33,908 nt of DNA. Origin: Chloroflexota bacterium (lineage in GTDB: Bacteria; Chloroflexota; Limnocylindria; Limnocylindrales; CSP1-4). Numbering within the stretch: the stretch's first letter is position 1; each line of letters opens with the position of its first letter. A program made the translations under genes and the position numbers. The stretch lies in contig JAICUV010000003.1 of NCBI GenBank assembly GCA_025935655.1, forward strand, positions 1 to 33,908. The letters are read 5' to 3'. The notes beneath the pieces were generated by a model. The model saw nothing but the letters and a program-made list of their open reading frames with translations, made no database searches and was not told the origin of the DNA. Below are positions 25,298 through 33,908 of the stretch, piece after piece.

Positions 25298-27682
25298 TTA
25301 CTCGACCGTCGTCGTGGTGAGATACCGCCGGCGCTCGACGAGCTCCACGACCGGGCCCCGCAGGGTGAGCTCGGCGGCCAGCGGCAGGTCGGTGGAGGAG
25401 GCACCAACCTGCACGCTGACCCGCCCGGGCTCCACGACGCGGCGGAGGTCCGCCCCGACGTAGCAGAGCTGTTCCGTGGAGAGGCCGAAGCTGACCGTGC
25501 GTCGCTCGCCCGGCTCCAGGTGGACCCGCCGGAAGCCGCGCAGCTCGCGCACCGGGCGCGCAATCGTCGCCTCCTCGTCACGCACGTAGAGCTGGACGAC
25601 CTCGTCGCCGGCGACGGGTCCGGTGTTGGTGACGTCGACCCGGATGGCCACCTCGTCGCCGGTCGTCTCGACCGTCGACCGGTCGAGACGCAGGTCCTCG
25701 AACGCGAACGTCGTGTACGAGCGACCGAACCCGAACGGCCAGAGCGGGCTCACCGGCGAGTCCACGTAGTCGCCCTTGGGGTGCGAGCGCCCGCCCGTGG
25801 GGTGGTGGCGGTACGAGAGCGGGAGCTGGCCCACGCTGCGCGGCATCGACACCGGCAGCTTGCCGCTGGGGTTCACCGCACCGGTGAGCACGCCCGCGAT
25901 CGCGTCGGGGCCCGCGTCGCCGGGAACCCACGCGAGCAGGACGGCGGCGCAGTGCTCGGCGGCCCACGGGATCGCCAGTGGCCGGCCGCTCACGACGTCG
26001 AGCACGACCGGGGTGCCGGTCGCGACCACCGCCTCGAGCAGCTCCTGCTGGCGGCCCATGAACCCCAGCCCCACGCGGTCGCGGAACTCGCCGGTCGTCG
26101 AATCGTCGGTGAGGCCCGAGCGTTCGCCGAGCACGACGACCGCCACGTCGGCGTCGCGAGCGGCGGCAACGGCCGCCGCGAGCTCCTCGTCCGACCCGTC
26201 CGAGATGCCCGTGCCGCGGGCATGGACGACCTGCGCCCCGGTGACGGCGGAGCGCAGGGCGTCGAGGATCGTGCGTCGCCCGGTCAGCTCGTCGCCGGGC
26301 GCGAACACCTCGCCGTCGCCGATGACACCCAGCGCATCGACGCCCGAGCGCATCTCCTGGAGCGTCTCCATGTGGACGAGGTGGCTGTAGTCGCCCAGCA
26401 GGTCGCGCGCGCTGTCCGCGATCGGGCCGACGACCGCGATCCGGCGCAGGCCCGGGTCGAGCGGCAGCACGCCCCGGTTCTCGAGCAGCACGATCGACCG
26501 CTCGGCGAGCGAGCGGGCCGCCTCCGCCTCGGCGACCGCGAGCTCCTCGAACGCGCCGTCCGTCGGCGGGTCGACGTACGGGCGGTCGAACAGGCCCAGG
26601 CGCAGCTTCATCCGGAGCACCCGCTCCACGGCCGCGTCCAGGAGCACCTCGTCCACGCGTCCGTCCGCGAGAGCATCGAGCAGCGGTCGGCCCCAGGCCA
26701 CGGTCCGCGGCAGCTCGGCATCGACGCCGGCGGCGAGCGCGAGCCGGGCGGCCTCGCCCAGGTCCGGGGTCAGGCGATGCGCCGTCGAGATCATCTCCAC
26801 GCCCATGTAGTCCGAGGCGACGATCCCGTCGAAGCCCCACTCGCCGCGCAGGATCGACCCGAGCAGCTCGGTGGACGCGTGGCAGGGCACGCCGTCCACG
26901 TCGCAGTACGCGGGCATCACGCTCCCGATCCGCGCGTGGCGGACCGCCGCCTCGAACGGCACCAGCTGCTCGTCGCGGAGCTCGCGCGGGCCGAGATGCG
27001 CCGGGGCCTGGTTGCGGCCGCCCTCCGCCAGCCCGTGGCCGACCATGTGCTTTGCCGTCGCGAGCACGCCGTCCGCGAGATCCGGGCCCTGGAGCGCCTC
27101 GACGTACGCGCACCCCAGCACCGTCGCCAGGTACGGATCCTCGCCGTACGTCTCCTCGATGCGGCCCCAGCGCGGGTCGCGGGCGATGTCGAAGACCGGC
27201 GCGAGGGCGTGCCGTGCGCCGGTCAGGAGCATCCGCCGGCGGATCGTCGTCGCGACCGCCGTCACGAGGTCCGGGTCGAAGGCTGCCGCCGCACCGATCG
27301 ACTGCTGGAAGGTGGGCGCGGCCCACGCGATCAGGCCGTGGAGGCACTCCTCGTGGATGATCGCGGGGATGCCGAGGCGCGTCCCCTCCACCAGCTGGCG
27401 CTGGATCGCGTTGGCCGTCGCGGCGACCTGGTGCGGGCGGAGGTTCGTGGAACCCGCGAGGCGCGTGATGTGCCCGATGCCGTCCGGCGCCAGCGCGGCG
27501 AGTCGCTCGACGTCGAGCGCGTCGTCGCGGACGACCTCGAACGCCCAGAACGAGCCCAGCTGGGCGACCTTCTCGGCGCGGGTCATGCGCGCGAGGAGGT
27601 CCGCCGCCCGCGTGCCGATGGGCAGCGCGGCGTCCCGATAGGGCAGCGCCGGGTCCCGATAGGGGAGCGCGATCGTGGTCAT
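25298..27682 (-). CDS. GH3 beta-xylosidase/beta-glucosidase (BxlA-like), 794 aa
   Basis: ATGA overlap with the permease. HEECLHG, RDPRWGRIEETYGED, KHMVGH, IVASDY (nucleophile), GEFRDR, PFGFGRSYT and an Fn3-like tail (EVVQLY...ELRGF). Confidence 0.95.
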   Translation of the reverse strand: MTTIALPYRDPALPYRDAALPIGTRAADLLARMTRAEKVAQLGSFWAFEVVRDDALDVERLAALAPDGIGHITRLAGSTNLRPHQVAATANAIQRQLVEGTRLGIPAIIHEECLHGLIAWAAPTFQQSIGAAAAFDPDLVTAVATTIRRRMLLTGARHALAPVFDIARDPRWGRIEETYGEDPYLATVLGCAYVEALQGPDLADGVLATAKHMVGHGLAEGGRNQAPAHLGPRELRDEQLVPFEAAVRHARIGSVMPAYCDVDGVPCHASTELLGSILRGEWGFDGIVASDYMGVEMISTAHRLTPDLGEAARLALAAGVDAELPRTVAWGRPLLDALADGRVDEVLLDAAVERVLRMKLRLGLFDRPYVDPPTDGAFEELAVAEAEAARSLAERSIVLLENRGVLPLDPGLRRIAVVGPIADSARDLLGDYSHLVHMETLQEMRSGVDALGVIGDGEVFAPGDELTGRRTILDALRSAVTGAQVVHARGTGISDGSDEELAAAVAAARDADVAVVVLGERSGLTDDSTTGEFRDRVGLGFMGRQQELLEAVVATGTPVVLDVVSGRPLAIPWAAEHCAAVLLAWVPGDAGPDAIAGVLTGAVNPSGKLPVSMPRSVGQLPLSYRHHPTGGRSHPKGDYVDSPVSPLWPFGFGRSYTTFAFEDLRLDRSTVETTGDEVAIRVDVTNTGPVAGDEVVQLYVRDEEATIARPVRELRGFRRVHLEPGERRTVSFGLSTEQLCYVGADLRRVVEPGRVSVQVGASSTDLPLAAELTLRGPVVELVERRRYLTTTTVE
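27620..27670 (-). repeat. In-frame 21-bp tandem duplication at the GH3 N-terminus
   Basis: GGGCAGCGCGGCGTCCCGATA / GGGCAGCGCCGGGTCCCGATA / GGGGAGCGC, encoding ALPYRDP-ALPYRDA-ALP. Confidence 0.85.
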
Positions 27683-28521
27683 CCCTTCACCGATCCAGCC
27701 GTCAGGCCGCCGACGAGCTGGCGCTCGGCGAGGAGGTAGAACCCGAGCGCCGGGATCAGGGCGAGCGTCGTGTAGGCGAGGATCCGGGCGGTGTCGGTCG
27801 TGTACTGCGTGCTGAAGTTGGTCACGCCGAGGGGCAGGGTCCAGTTGTTCGCGTCGGACAGCATCACGAGCGGCAGCAGGAACTGGTTCCAGCTCGAGAC
27901 CAGCGCGAGCACCGCGACCGTGACGAGCGCCGGCTTGGCCAGCGGCAGCAGGATGCGGAAGAAGAAGCCCAGCGGCCCGCAGCCGTCGATGGCTGCGGCA
28001 TCCTCCAGCTCCATGGGGATGCTCCGGAAGAACGGCCGCAGGATGATGATCGTGAGCGGCAGCGCGAACGCCGCCTCCGGCAGGGCGAGGCCGAGCGGGT
28101 TGTCCAGGAGGCCCAGGTCGCGGACGAGGATCAGCAGCGGCAGGATCGCGACCGTGACGGGGAACAGCAGCCCGAGCGTGAACACGGTGTACGCGACCTC
28201 GCGACCCGGGAACTCGCGCCGTGCGATGACGAACGCGGCGAGCGCCGCGAACAGGACGACGACGCCGGTCGACAGGCCGGCGACGATCGCGCTGTTGCGC
28301 AGCTGGATCCAGAAGCTCGGCGACGTCAGCGAGTCGGTGTAGTTGGTCCACACCCAGGGATCCGGCAGGCCCACCGGGTTGGCCGCGAGCTGCGGTGCGT
28401 CGCGGAACCCGCCGAGCGCCGCGAACGCCACCGGCGTCACGATCACCCCCGCGACGACGAGCAGCACCGCGTAGCGCAGGACGGACCCTGCGACCCGGCC
28501 CGCGCGGATCGGCTCAGCCAT
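27679..28521 (-). CDS. Carbohydrate ABC permease (MalG/BxlG-like)
   Basis: IPMELEDAAAIDG EAA loop; WNQFLLPL; GGLTAGSVKG C-terminus. Confidence 0.95.
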   Translation of the reverse strand: MAEPIRAGRVAGSVLRYAVLLVVAGVIVTPVAFAALGGFRDAPQLAANPVGLPDPWVWTNYTDSLTSPSFWIQLRNSAIVAGLSTGVVVLFAALAAFVIARREFPGREVAYTVFTLGLLFPVTVAILPLLILVRDLGLLDNPLGLALPEAAFALPLTIIILRPFFRSIPMELEDAAAIDGCGPLGFFFRILLPLAKPALVTVAVLALVSSWNQFLLPLVMLSDANNWTLPLGVTNFSTQYTTDTARILAYTTLALIPALGFYLLAERQLVGGLTAGSVKG

Positions 28522-29440
28522 ACGTGGTGGCTCCTTCGGTGTCGCGCCGCAGCACCCACCGCTGGTAGGCGAGGGCGAGGACGAAGCAGATGAGGAACAG
28601 GATCACGGCGACGGCGCTGCCGTAGCCGAACTGGAAGCGCACGAACCCCCGGTCGAACATGTAGACGGCCATCGTGTTCGAGGCATTCACCGGGCCGCCG
28701 CGGGTGGTGACCCACACGAGGTCGAACAGCTGGAGCGACCCGATGATCGAGAGGAACACGGAGACCCGGATCGTCGGGCCGAGCAGCGGGAGCGTCACGT
28801 AGCGCAGCGCCTGGCGGCGCGTCGCGCCGTCGATCGCGGCCGCCTCCTCCAGCTCGCGCGGGATGCCCTGGAGCCCCGCCAGCAGGAGGATCATGTGGAA
28901 GCCGAAGTACTTCCACGTGATGATGAAGAACAGGGCGACGAGGACCGTCGCGGGGTCGGCCAGCCACGGGTGGTAGGCGTCTCCGAGGCCGATCGTCGTG
29001 AGGAAGTGGTCAGCCAGGCCGTTCGGCTGGAGGATCAGGCTCCAGACGATCGCCGTGATGACCTCGGCGATGACGTACGGGGCGAAGAAGATCAGGCGCA
29101 GGACGGCCCGGCCCGGGAACCGCCGGTTGAGCATCAGCGCGATGCCCAGCGCGAACGGGACCTGGAGCACGAGCGAGAGGACCACGATCAGCGCGTTGTG
29201 GCTGACCGCGCCCAGGAACACCGGGTCCGAGAGCGCCCGCTGGAAGTTCGCGAGCCCGACGAACTTGTCCATCGCCTGGAGCCCGTTCCAGTCGTAGAGG
29301 CTGTAGCGGGCGGCCTGGACGATCGGGAACAGCACGAACACCGCGTACAGGACCAGCGCCGGGAGCATGAACAGCCCGGCGAGGCCCCAGGCACGCAGGT
29401 TCCTGCGGGAGCGGGAACGGACTCGGACGGCGGACGCCAC
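28514..29440 (-). CDS. Carbohydrate ABC permease (MalF/BxlF-like)
   Basis: FVGLANF, LAGLQGIPRELEEAAAIDGA, FGYGSAVAV. Start uncertain: ATG 29476 lies inside a 12-bp hairpin, so GTG 29440 or TTG 29449 is preferred. Confidence 0.92.
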   Translation of the reverse strand: MASAVRVRSRSRRNLRAWGLAGLFMLPALVLYAVFVLFPIVQAARYSLYDWNGLQAMDKFVGLANFQRALSDPVFLGAVSHNALIVVLSLVLQVPFALGIALMLNRRFPGRAVLRLIFFAPYVIAEVITAIVWSLILQPNGLADHFLTTIGLGDAYHPWLADPATVLVALFFIITWKYFGFHMILLLAGLQGIPRELEEAAAIDGATRRQALRYVTLPLLGPTIRVSVFLSIIGSLQLFDLVWVTTRGGPVNASNTMAVYMFDRGFVRFQFGYGSAVAVILFLICFVLALAYQRWVLRRDTEGATTYG

Positions 29441-29462
29441 GTGACTCAACTCAGCGGGTACG

Positions 29463-29492
29463 GAATGGGCCGGCATGGCAGCCGGCCCATTC
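29463..29492 (-). terminator. Intra-operon hairpin after the sugar SBP gene (partial terminator or mRNA stabiliser)
   Basis: GAATGGGCCGGC-ATGGCA-GCCGGCCCATTC, perfect 12-bp stem 27 nt after the SBP stop. Confidence 0.7.
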
Positions 29493-29519
29493 GTCGTCGT
29501 GCTGGGTCAGGGGTTCGGG

Positions 29520-30857
29520 CTACTGGCCGGCGGCCGCCTGGATGGCCTGGACCACCGACTCCGGCGTGCCGGTGCCAGCGTACAGCGTGGCCACGGCCTC
29601 GTTGATCGCCCCACCCAGCTCGGGCGAGGTCGCCTGGTCGAGGTAGAGCTGGACGAACTTCGCCTTCGCGCGGCCCTCGAGCACGAGGGTCAGCATCGGG
29701 TCGGTCGTGGACGCCTCGGAGCCGTTCGTCGTCGGGAGGATGCCCGAGTTGAGCGCGCCCCAGCGGTTGGCGGCGTCGAGGGTGACCAGGGAGTGCAGGA
29801 AGTCGACCGTCTCGGGCGGCGCATCCTTGCCCACGGCGAAGCCGTTGCCGCCGCCGAGGCCGTCGAACGCATCGCCCGCACCGCCCTCGACCGCCGGGAA
29901 GGGGAACCAGCCGAGGCCCTCACCCATGGCGCGCTTGTCGCCGGAGTTGGCGTTGACCGTGCCCGGGAGCCACTGGCCCATCAGCTGGATCGCGCCGTTG
30001 TAGGTCGCCTGCGCGGCGGCCGAGCTGCCGGCGCCGTCCCACGGGGCGGCCAGGAAGCCTTCCTGGAACGGCTTCAGGTCGATCAGCTGCTGGAAGTCCT
30101 GGCCGGCCTTGACGAAGCAGGCATCGGACCAGTCGCCCGTCGTGACCGCCTTGTCCATGCCCGCCTGGCCGCACTCGCGGACTGCGAGGTACGCCCAGTA
30201 GAAGGCGCCGGTCCAGGTGTCCTTCCCGGCGAGAGCGATCGGCGTCTGGCCCTTGTCCTTGAGCGTCTTCACCGTCGTCAGGAAGTCCGCCCACGTCGCG
30301 GGAAGCGTCGTGATCCCGGCATCCGTGAAGGTCTTGGTGTTGTACCAGAAGCCCACGAGGCCGAGGTCGAACGGGACGCCGTAGTTCTTGCCGTCCACCG
30401 CGTACATGCCGAGCGCGCCCTGGTTGATCGTGTCCTTCCACGGCGCGATGTCGGCGGAGATGTCCTTGACCAGGCCGGCCTCGACCTGCTGGCGCAGGCC
30501 GCCGCCGCCCCACGTCTGGAACAGGTCGGGCACGTCGCCCTGCTGCAGCAGCGTGGTCAGCTTGGTCTTGAACGCCTCGTTCTCGTTGACCTGGATGTCG
30601 ATCTTGACGTTGGGGTGGGCCGCCATGTACTCGTCGGCCAGGTCCTTCCACAGGCTCAGGCCCGGGTCGTTGTTCTGGATGTGGTACCAGGTGATGGTGA
30701 CGGGCTCGCCGGCCTGCGCCGACGCGCTCGCGGCCGTCGTGGGTGCCGCCGTCGCTGCGGCGGACGGCGCGGTCGTGGCAGTGCTGCCCGAACACGCCCC
30801 CACGACCAGCATCGCTGTGGTCGCCAGCGCGGCGATCCGTCCTCGGGACATCGACAT
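29520..30857 (-). CDS. Sugar ABC substrate-binding lipoprotein (family 1, BxlE-like), about 445 aa
   Basis: GAGGAGGAG RBS; ATG 30857 or 30851; lipobox VVGAC; ENEAFKTKL, PDLFQTWGGG, GFWYN, LMGQW, QLYLDQ. Confidence 0.93.
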   Translation of the reverse strand: MSMSRGRIAALATTAMLVVGACSGSTATTAPSAAATAAPTTAASASAQAGEPVTITWYHIQNNDPGLSLWKDLADEYMAAHPNVKIDIQVNENEAFKTKLTTLLQQGDVPDLFQTWGGGGLRQQVEAGLVKDISADIAPWKDTINQGALGMYAVDGKNYGVPFDLGLVGFWYNTKTFTDAGITTLPATWADFLTTVKTLKDKGQTPIALAGKDTWTGAFYWAYLAVRECGQAGMDKAVTTGDWSDACFVKAGQDFQQLIDLKPFQEGFLAAPWDGAGSSAAAQATYNGAIQLMGQWLPGTVNANSGDKRAMGEGLGWFPFPAVEGGAGDAFDGLGGGNGFAVGKDAPPETVDFLHSLVTLDAANRWGALNSGILPTTNGSEASTTDPMLTLVLEGRAKAKFVQLYLDQATSPELGGAINEAVATLYAGTGTPESVVQAIQAAAGQ

Positions 30858-30877
30858 GTGTCCTCGCTCCTCCTCTT

Positions 30878-31001
30878 CCGAAAGTTGCGAAATCGTGGCC
30901 GCTCGTTTCGGTTCGGCCACTCTAGGATCGGGGTTCTCGGGGCGTCAACCCCTGCCTGAATCTTTCGTGAGACTCCTGCACAAACCGGCCGAAACTTTCG
31001 G
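30878..31001. promoter_or_regulatory. LacI (BxlR-type) operators: CCGAAACTTTCGG (30989-31001, perfect), CCGAAAGTTGCGA (30878-30890), CTGAATCTTTCGT (30956-30968)
   Basis: One perfect and two degenerate copies of a CGAAA-N-TTTCG palindrome in the SBP/LacI divergent spacer. Confidence 0.75.
30919..30948 (-). promoter_or_regulatory. Promoter of the sugar ABC-GH3 operon: TTGACG-N18-TAGAGT
   Basis: Reverse complements of CGTCAA (30943-30948) and ACTCTA (30919-30924), flanked by two operator copies. Confidence 0.7.
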
Positions 31002-31012
31002 GACGCCGGCGC

Positions 31013-31018
31013 TATACT
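31013..31018 (+). promoter_or_regulatory. -10 box TATACT of a leaderless lacI transcript
   Basis: 7 nt before ATG 31026, no RBS; the perfect operator covers the -35 region. Confidence 0.7.
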
Positions 31019-31025
31019 CCGCGCC

Positions 31026-32069
31026 ATGACCGCGACATCCGAGGGCCGATCGGGCCGAAGAGGGCCGACGATCGACCTGATCGCCCGCGAGGCGGGCGTC
31101 TCCGTGCCCACCGTCTCGAAGGTGATCAACGGTCGCGCCGACGTGGCGCCCGCCACCCGCCGTCGGGTGGAGGCGGCGATCCGCGAGCACGGCTACCTGC
31201 GACCGGCCCGGCCGGGTCGTCGGGCGCCGCTGCTGGAGGTGATCTTCCACGAGCTCGAGAGCGAGTGGGCCCTGGAGATCGTGCGCGGCGTCGAACGTGT
31301 CGCGGGGCGCCACCAGCTCGCCGTCGTGCTCACGGAGATGCAGGGCCGCCGACGGCCCGGGCAGGGCTGGATCGAGGGCGCGCTGGCGCGACGGCCGATG
31401 GGCGTCATCGCGGTGTTCTCGGACGTGGACGAGGCGATGCGCGAGCAGCTCCACAGCCGCGGCATCCCGTTCGCCGTCGTGGACCCGGCGGGGGAGCCGC
31501 TCCACGACACCCCGTCCATCGGCGCCACCAACTGGAACGGTGGCCTGGCGGCGACACGGCACCTGCTGGGGCTCGGCCACCGGCGGATCGGGGTCATCGG
31601 CGGCCCGGCGGGCGTCCTGTGCAGCCGCGCGCGCGTCGACGGGTTCCGTGCGGCGATGGACGAGGCCGGCGTGCCCATCGACCCCAGGCTCGTGAGCCAC
31701 GGCCCGTTCCAGGTCGACGAGGGCATCGCCACCGGGCGGCGCCTCCTTGCGCGGCGCGACCGCCCCACGGCGATCATCACCGGCAACGACCTCCAGGCGC
31801 TGGGCGTCTACCAGGCTGCGCGCGAGGCGCGCCTCCACATCCCGGAGGACCTGAGCGTGGTCGGCTTCGACGACCTGCCGATCGCCCGCTGGGTGAGCCC
31901 GCCCCTCACGACGGTCCGCCAGCCGCTGATCGAGATGGCGGAGGCCGCGGCGGAGCTCGTGCTCGGCATCGCCCGCGGCGAGGAGCCCGCCCAGACGCGG
32001 GTCGAGCTGTCGACCGAGCTGATCGTGCGCGAGAGCACCGCGCCGCCCGCGAGCATCGACGCGGCCTGA
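31026..32069 (+). CDS. LacI-family transcriptional repressor (BxlR-like)
   Basis: HTH TIDLIAREAGVSVPTVSKVING; ATNWNGG, LGHRRIG, IPEDLSVVGFDD, PPLTTVRQP. Confidence 0.96.
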   Translation: MTATSEGRSGRRGPTIDLIAREAGVSVPTVSKVINGRADVAPATRRRVEAAIREHGYLRPARPGRRAPLLEVIFHELESEWALEIVRGVERVAGRHQLAVVLTEMQGRRRPGQGWIEGALARRPMGVIAVFSDVDEAMREQLHSRGIPFAVVDPAGEPLHDTPSIGATNWNGGLAATRHLLGLGHRRIGVIGGPAGVLCSRARVDGFRAAMDEAGVPIDPRLVSHGPFQVDEGIATGRRLLARRDRPTAIITGNDLQALGVYQAAREARLHIPEDLSVVGFDDLPIARWVSPPLTTVRQPLIEMAEAAAELVLGIARGEEPAQTRVELSTELIVRESTAPPASIDAA

Positions 32070-32197
32070 GCCATCGTCCCCGGCGCTGCAATGCACGGCG
32101 GCGGGACCGGCCATCGCCACCCGATCCCGTTCGTGACCCTCGGCTCTTGATGGTCAGCGGGGCTGCGTTCAACGTGGCGCACCGAGGGAAGCCAGTC

Positions 32198-33688
32198 TTG
32201 TCCGGGTCTCGATCCGTCGGCATCCTCGCGTCCGCGATCCTGGTCGCGGCGTGCGCGTCAGGCGCGAGCACGCCCGCCCCGTCGCTCGCCGGCCGGGCCC
32301 TCGACGGCACGCAGCTCGGGCCGTGCATGATCAAGGGCGACGTCCCGGTCACCGCCGAGGCCGCCGCCCTGTGCGGCACGCTCACCGTCCCGGAGGACCG
32401 GTCGAAGCCGGATGGGCGGACGATCGGCCTCCGCGTCGCGGTCGTCCCCGCCACTGCCTCCGTCCCGGCGGCCACGCCGCTGTTCGTGCTCGCGGGAGGG
32501 CCGGGCGACGCCGCGACGCAGTTCTTCGCGTGGTTGCCTGGGCTCTATGCCGACGTCCACGCGACGCGGGACATCGTCCTCGTGGACCAGCGTGGGACGG
32601 GCGCGTCCAACCCCATGACGCTGCCGGCGATGCCCGACACGTCGGGGGCGTCGGCAGCCGAGGCCGACGGGCTCCTCGCGGCGTGGGCGAGGGACGGGCT
32701 GGCCGCGCTCGACGCCGACCCACGGATGTACACGAGCACGATCGCCGCCGACGACCTGGACGCGGTCCGGGCGGCGCTCGGGTACGAGACGGTGGACCTG
32801 TACGGCACCTCGTATGGCGGGGAGCTGGCCCAGTACTACCTCCGCCAGCACGCGGACCGGGTTCGGGTGGCGATCATGGACGGCACGACGCCGCTCGACG
32901 TCCCGGTCCTCGAGCGCATGGCGGCAACGAGCCAGCACGCCCTCGATCTCCTGCTGGCCCGGTGTGAGGAGGACGCGGCATGCGACGGGGCATTGCCGGC
33001 CGTCGTCGACGAGTGGTCGGCGCTGTTGGCGGCCCTCCGCACGGGCATGGAGGTCACCGATCCCGCGACGGGGGAGCACGGCACGGCCACGCTCGCGACC
33101 GTGGGCTCGTCCCTCCACTACGCCCTCCTGACCGAGGACCGTGCGTCCAGGCTGCCGCTCGCGATCGATCTCGTGACGCGGGGCGACACGGCGCGGGCCG
33201 ACGAGCTCGTGCCACCGATGGACGCCTCGCCGAGCGCGGGCAGCACGCTGCTCATGAAGGACGAGATCCTGTGCTCGGAGGCGTGGGCGCGATGGGACCC
33301 GGGCGAGGTCGCAGCCCAGGACCCGCAGAGCTATGCGGTCCCGTTCGTCACCGCGTGGGCGGTCTCCCAGGCGGCCCTCTGCAGCCACCTCCCCAAGGGT
33401 GTCGTCCCCGCGGACGATGCGGCGGCGGTCGTGACGGACCTGCCGATCCTGTGGCTGACCGGCGACGGCGATCCCCAGGACCCGCCGTCGAACCTCACGG
33501 GCGTGAGCGCCCAGCAGCCGAACAGCCTGGTCGTCGTGATGCCCGCGCAGGAACACGTCGTGGGGCACATCGGGTGCGCGCCGAAGGTGATCGCCCAGTT
33601 CCTGGATGCCGGACGGACCGCGGGCCTCGACACGGCGTGCATCACCTCGCGTGCGGGGTCGCCGGCGCCCTCGTTCGCCCTCCCGTGA
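32198..33688 (+). CDS. Alpha/beta hydrolase lipoprotein, TAP-like (S33) peptidase family, about 496 aa
   Basis: GAGGGA RBS then TTG 32198 (alternative ATG 32150); lipobox LVAAC; CGTLTVPEDR, AGGPG, DQRGTG, GTSYG (Ser), GDGDP (Asp), QEHVV (His). Confidence 0.88.
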   Translation: MSGSRSVGILASAILVAACASGASTPAPSLAGRALDGTQLGPCMIKGDVPVTAEAAALCGTLTVPEDRSKPDGRTIGLRVAVVPATASVPAATPLFVLAGGPGDAATQFFAWLPGLYADVHATRDIVLVDQRGTGASNPMTLPAMPDTSGASAAEADGLLAAWARDGLAALDADPRMYTSTIAADDLDAVRAALGYETVDLYGTSYGGELAQYYLRQHADRVRVAIMDGTTPLDVPVLERMAATSQHALDLLLARCEEDAACDGALPAVVDEWSALLAALRTGMEVTDPATGEHGTATLATVGSSLHYALLTEDRASRLPLAIDLVTRGDTARADELVPPMDASPSAGSTLLMKDEILCSEAWARWDPGEVAAQDPQSYAVPFVTAWAVSQAALCSHLPKGVVPADDAAAVVTDLPILWLTGDGDPQDPPSNLTGVSAQQPNSLVVVMPAQEHVVGHIGCAPKVIAQFLDAGRTAGLDTACITSRAGSPAPSFALP

Positions 33689-33908
33689 GCTCGCCTGCCG
33701 GGTCAGCCCTCCGTCGGTCCGGTGCCTGACCGCAAGCGTCCGGCGCACCGGGCGCGAGCTCGGTCATGACCTGGAACGGGCGAAACGCCGTCGCGCTGCG
33801 AGGCAGTTACCATGACGCGATGTCGCGCCTCGAGCGTCCGGGGCACCCTGTGGTGCGCAGCGGTCGTTCCGCCCCAGTCGTCGTCCCGTGACGGCCGTTC
33901 GCCCCGTG

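Noticed and set aside
33689-33908. Terminal 220 bp, including the short ORF 33606-33815
   Set aside because: No convincing coding signal, terminator or RNA motif, and the context is cut off by the window edge.

Overview
Very high-GC chromosomal window of about 27 genes. The coding style, leaderless starts and Ser/Thr/Ala/Pro-tethered lipoproteins suggest an actinobacteria-like Chloroflexota such as Ca. Limnocylindria (inference, not verified). In order: 3' end of a PLP-dependent decarboxylase; a class-III aminotransferase plus NitT/TauT-type ABC operon; an MFS transporter fused to a cyclic-nucleotide-binding domain; a divergent LppX/LprG-like lipoprotein and GT-C-like membrane protein; M13 peptidase; an atypical P-type ATPase (PEEP in M4, LGAPE in place of KGAPE); a PGN_0703-like PD-(D/E)XK nuclease; DUF2231-Rieske protein; a small lipoprotein; serine hydrolase; GH36; a 584-bp lower-GC cassette bounded by 29-bp inverted repeats that carries one Cys-rich lipoprotein gene; DUF1801; MmyB regulator with its operator; a membrane protein; a GH28-like beta-helix enzyme; a bxl-like (LacI + ABC + GH3) sugar locus with visible operators; and a TAP-like alpha/beta hydrolase lipoprotein. 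No rRNA, tRNA, CRISPR array, integrase or transposase was seen. The best candidates for something new are the inverted-repeat-bounded cargo cassette (20639-21222), an identical 11-aa post-lipobox motif in two unrelated solute-binding proteins, the P-type ATPase with a degenerate nucleotide-binding domain, and the cNMP-fused MFS transporter. Family assignments come from motif recognition by eye; no searches were run.
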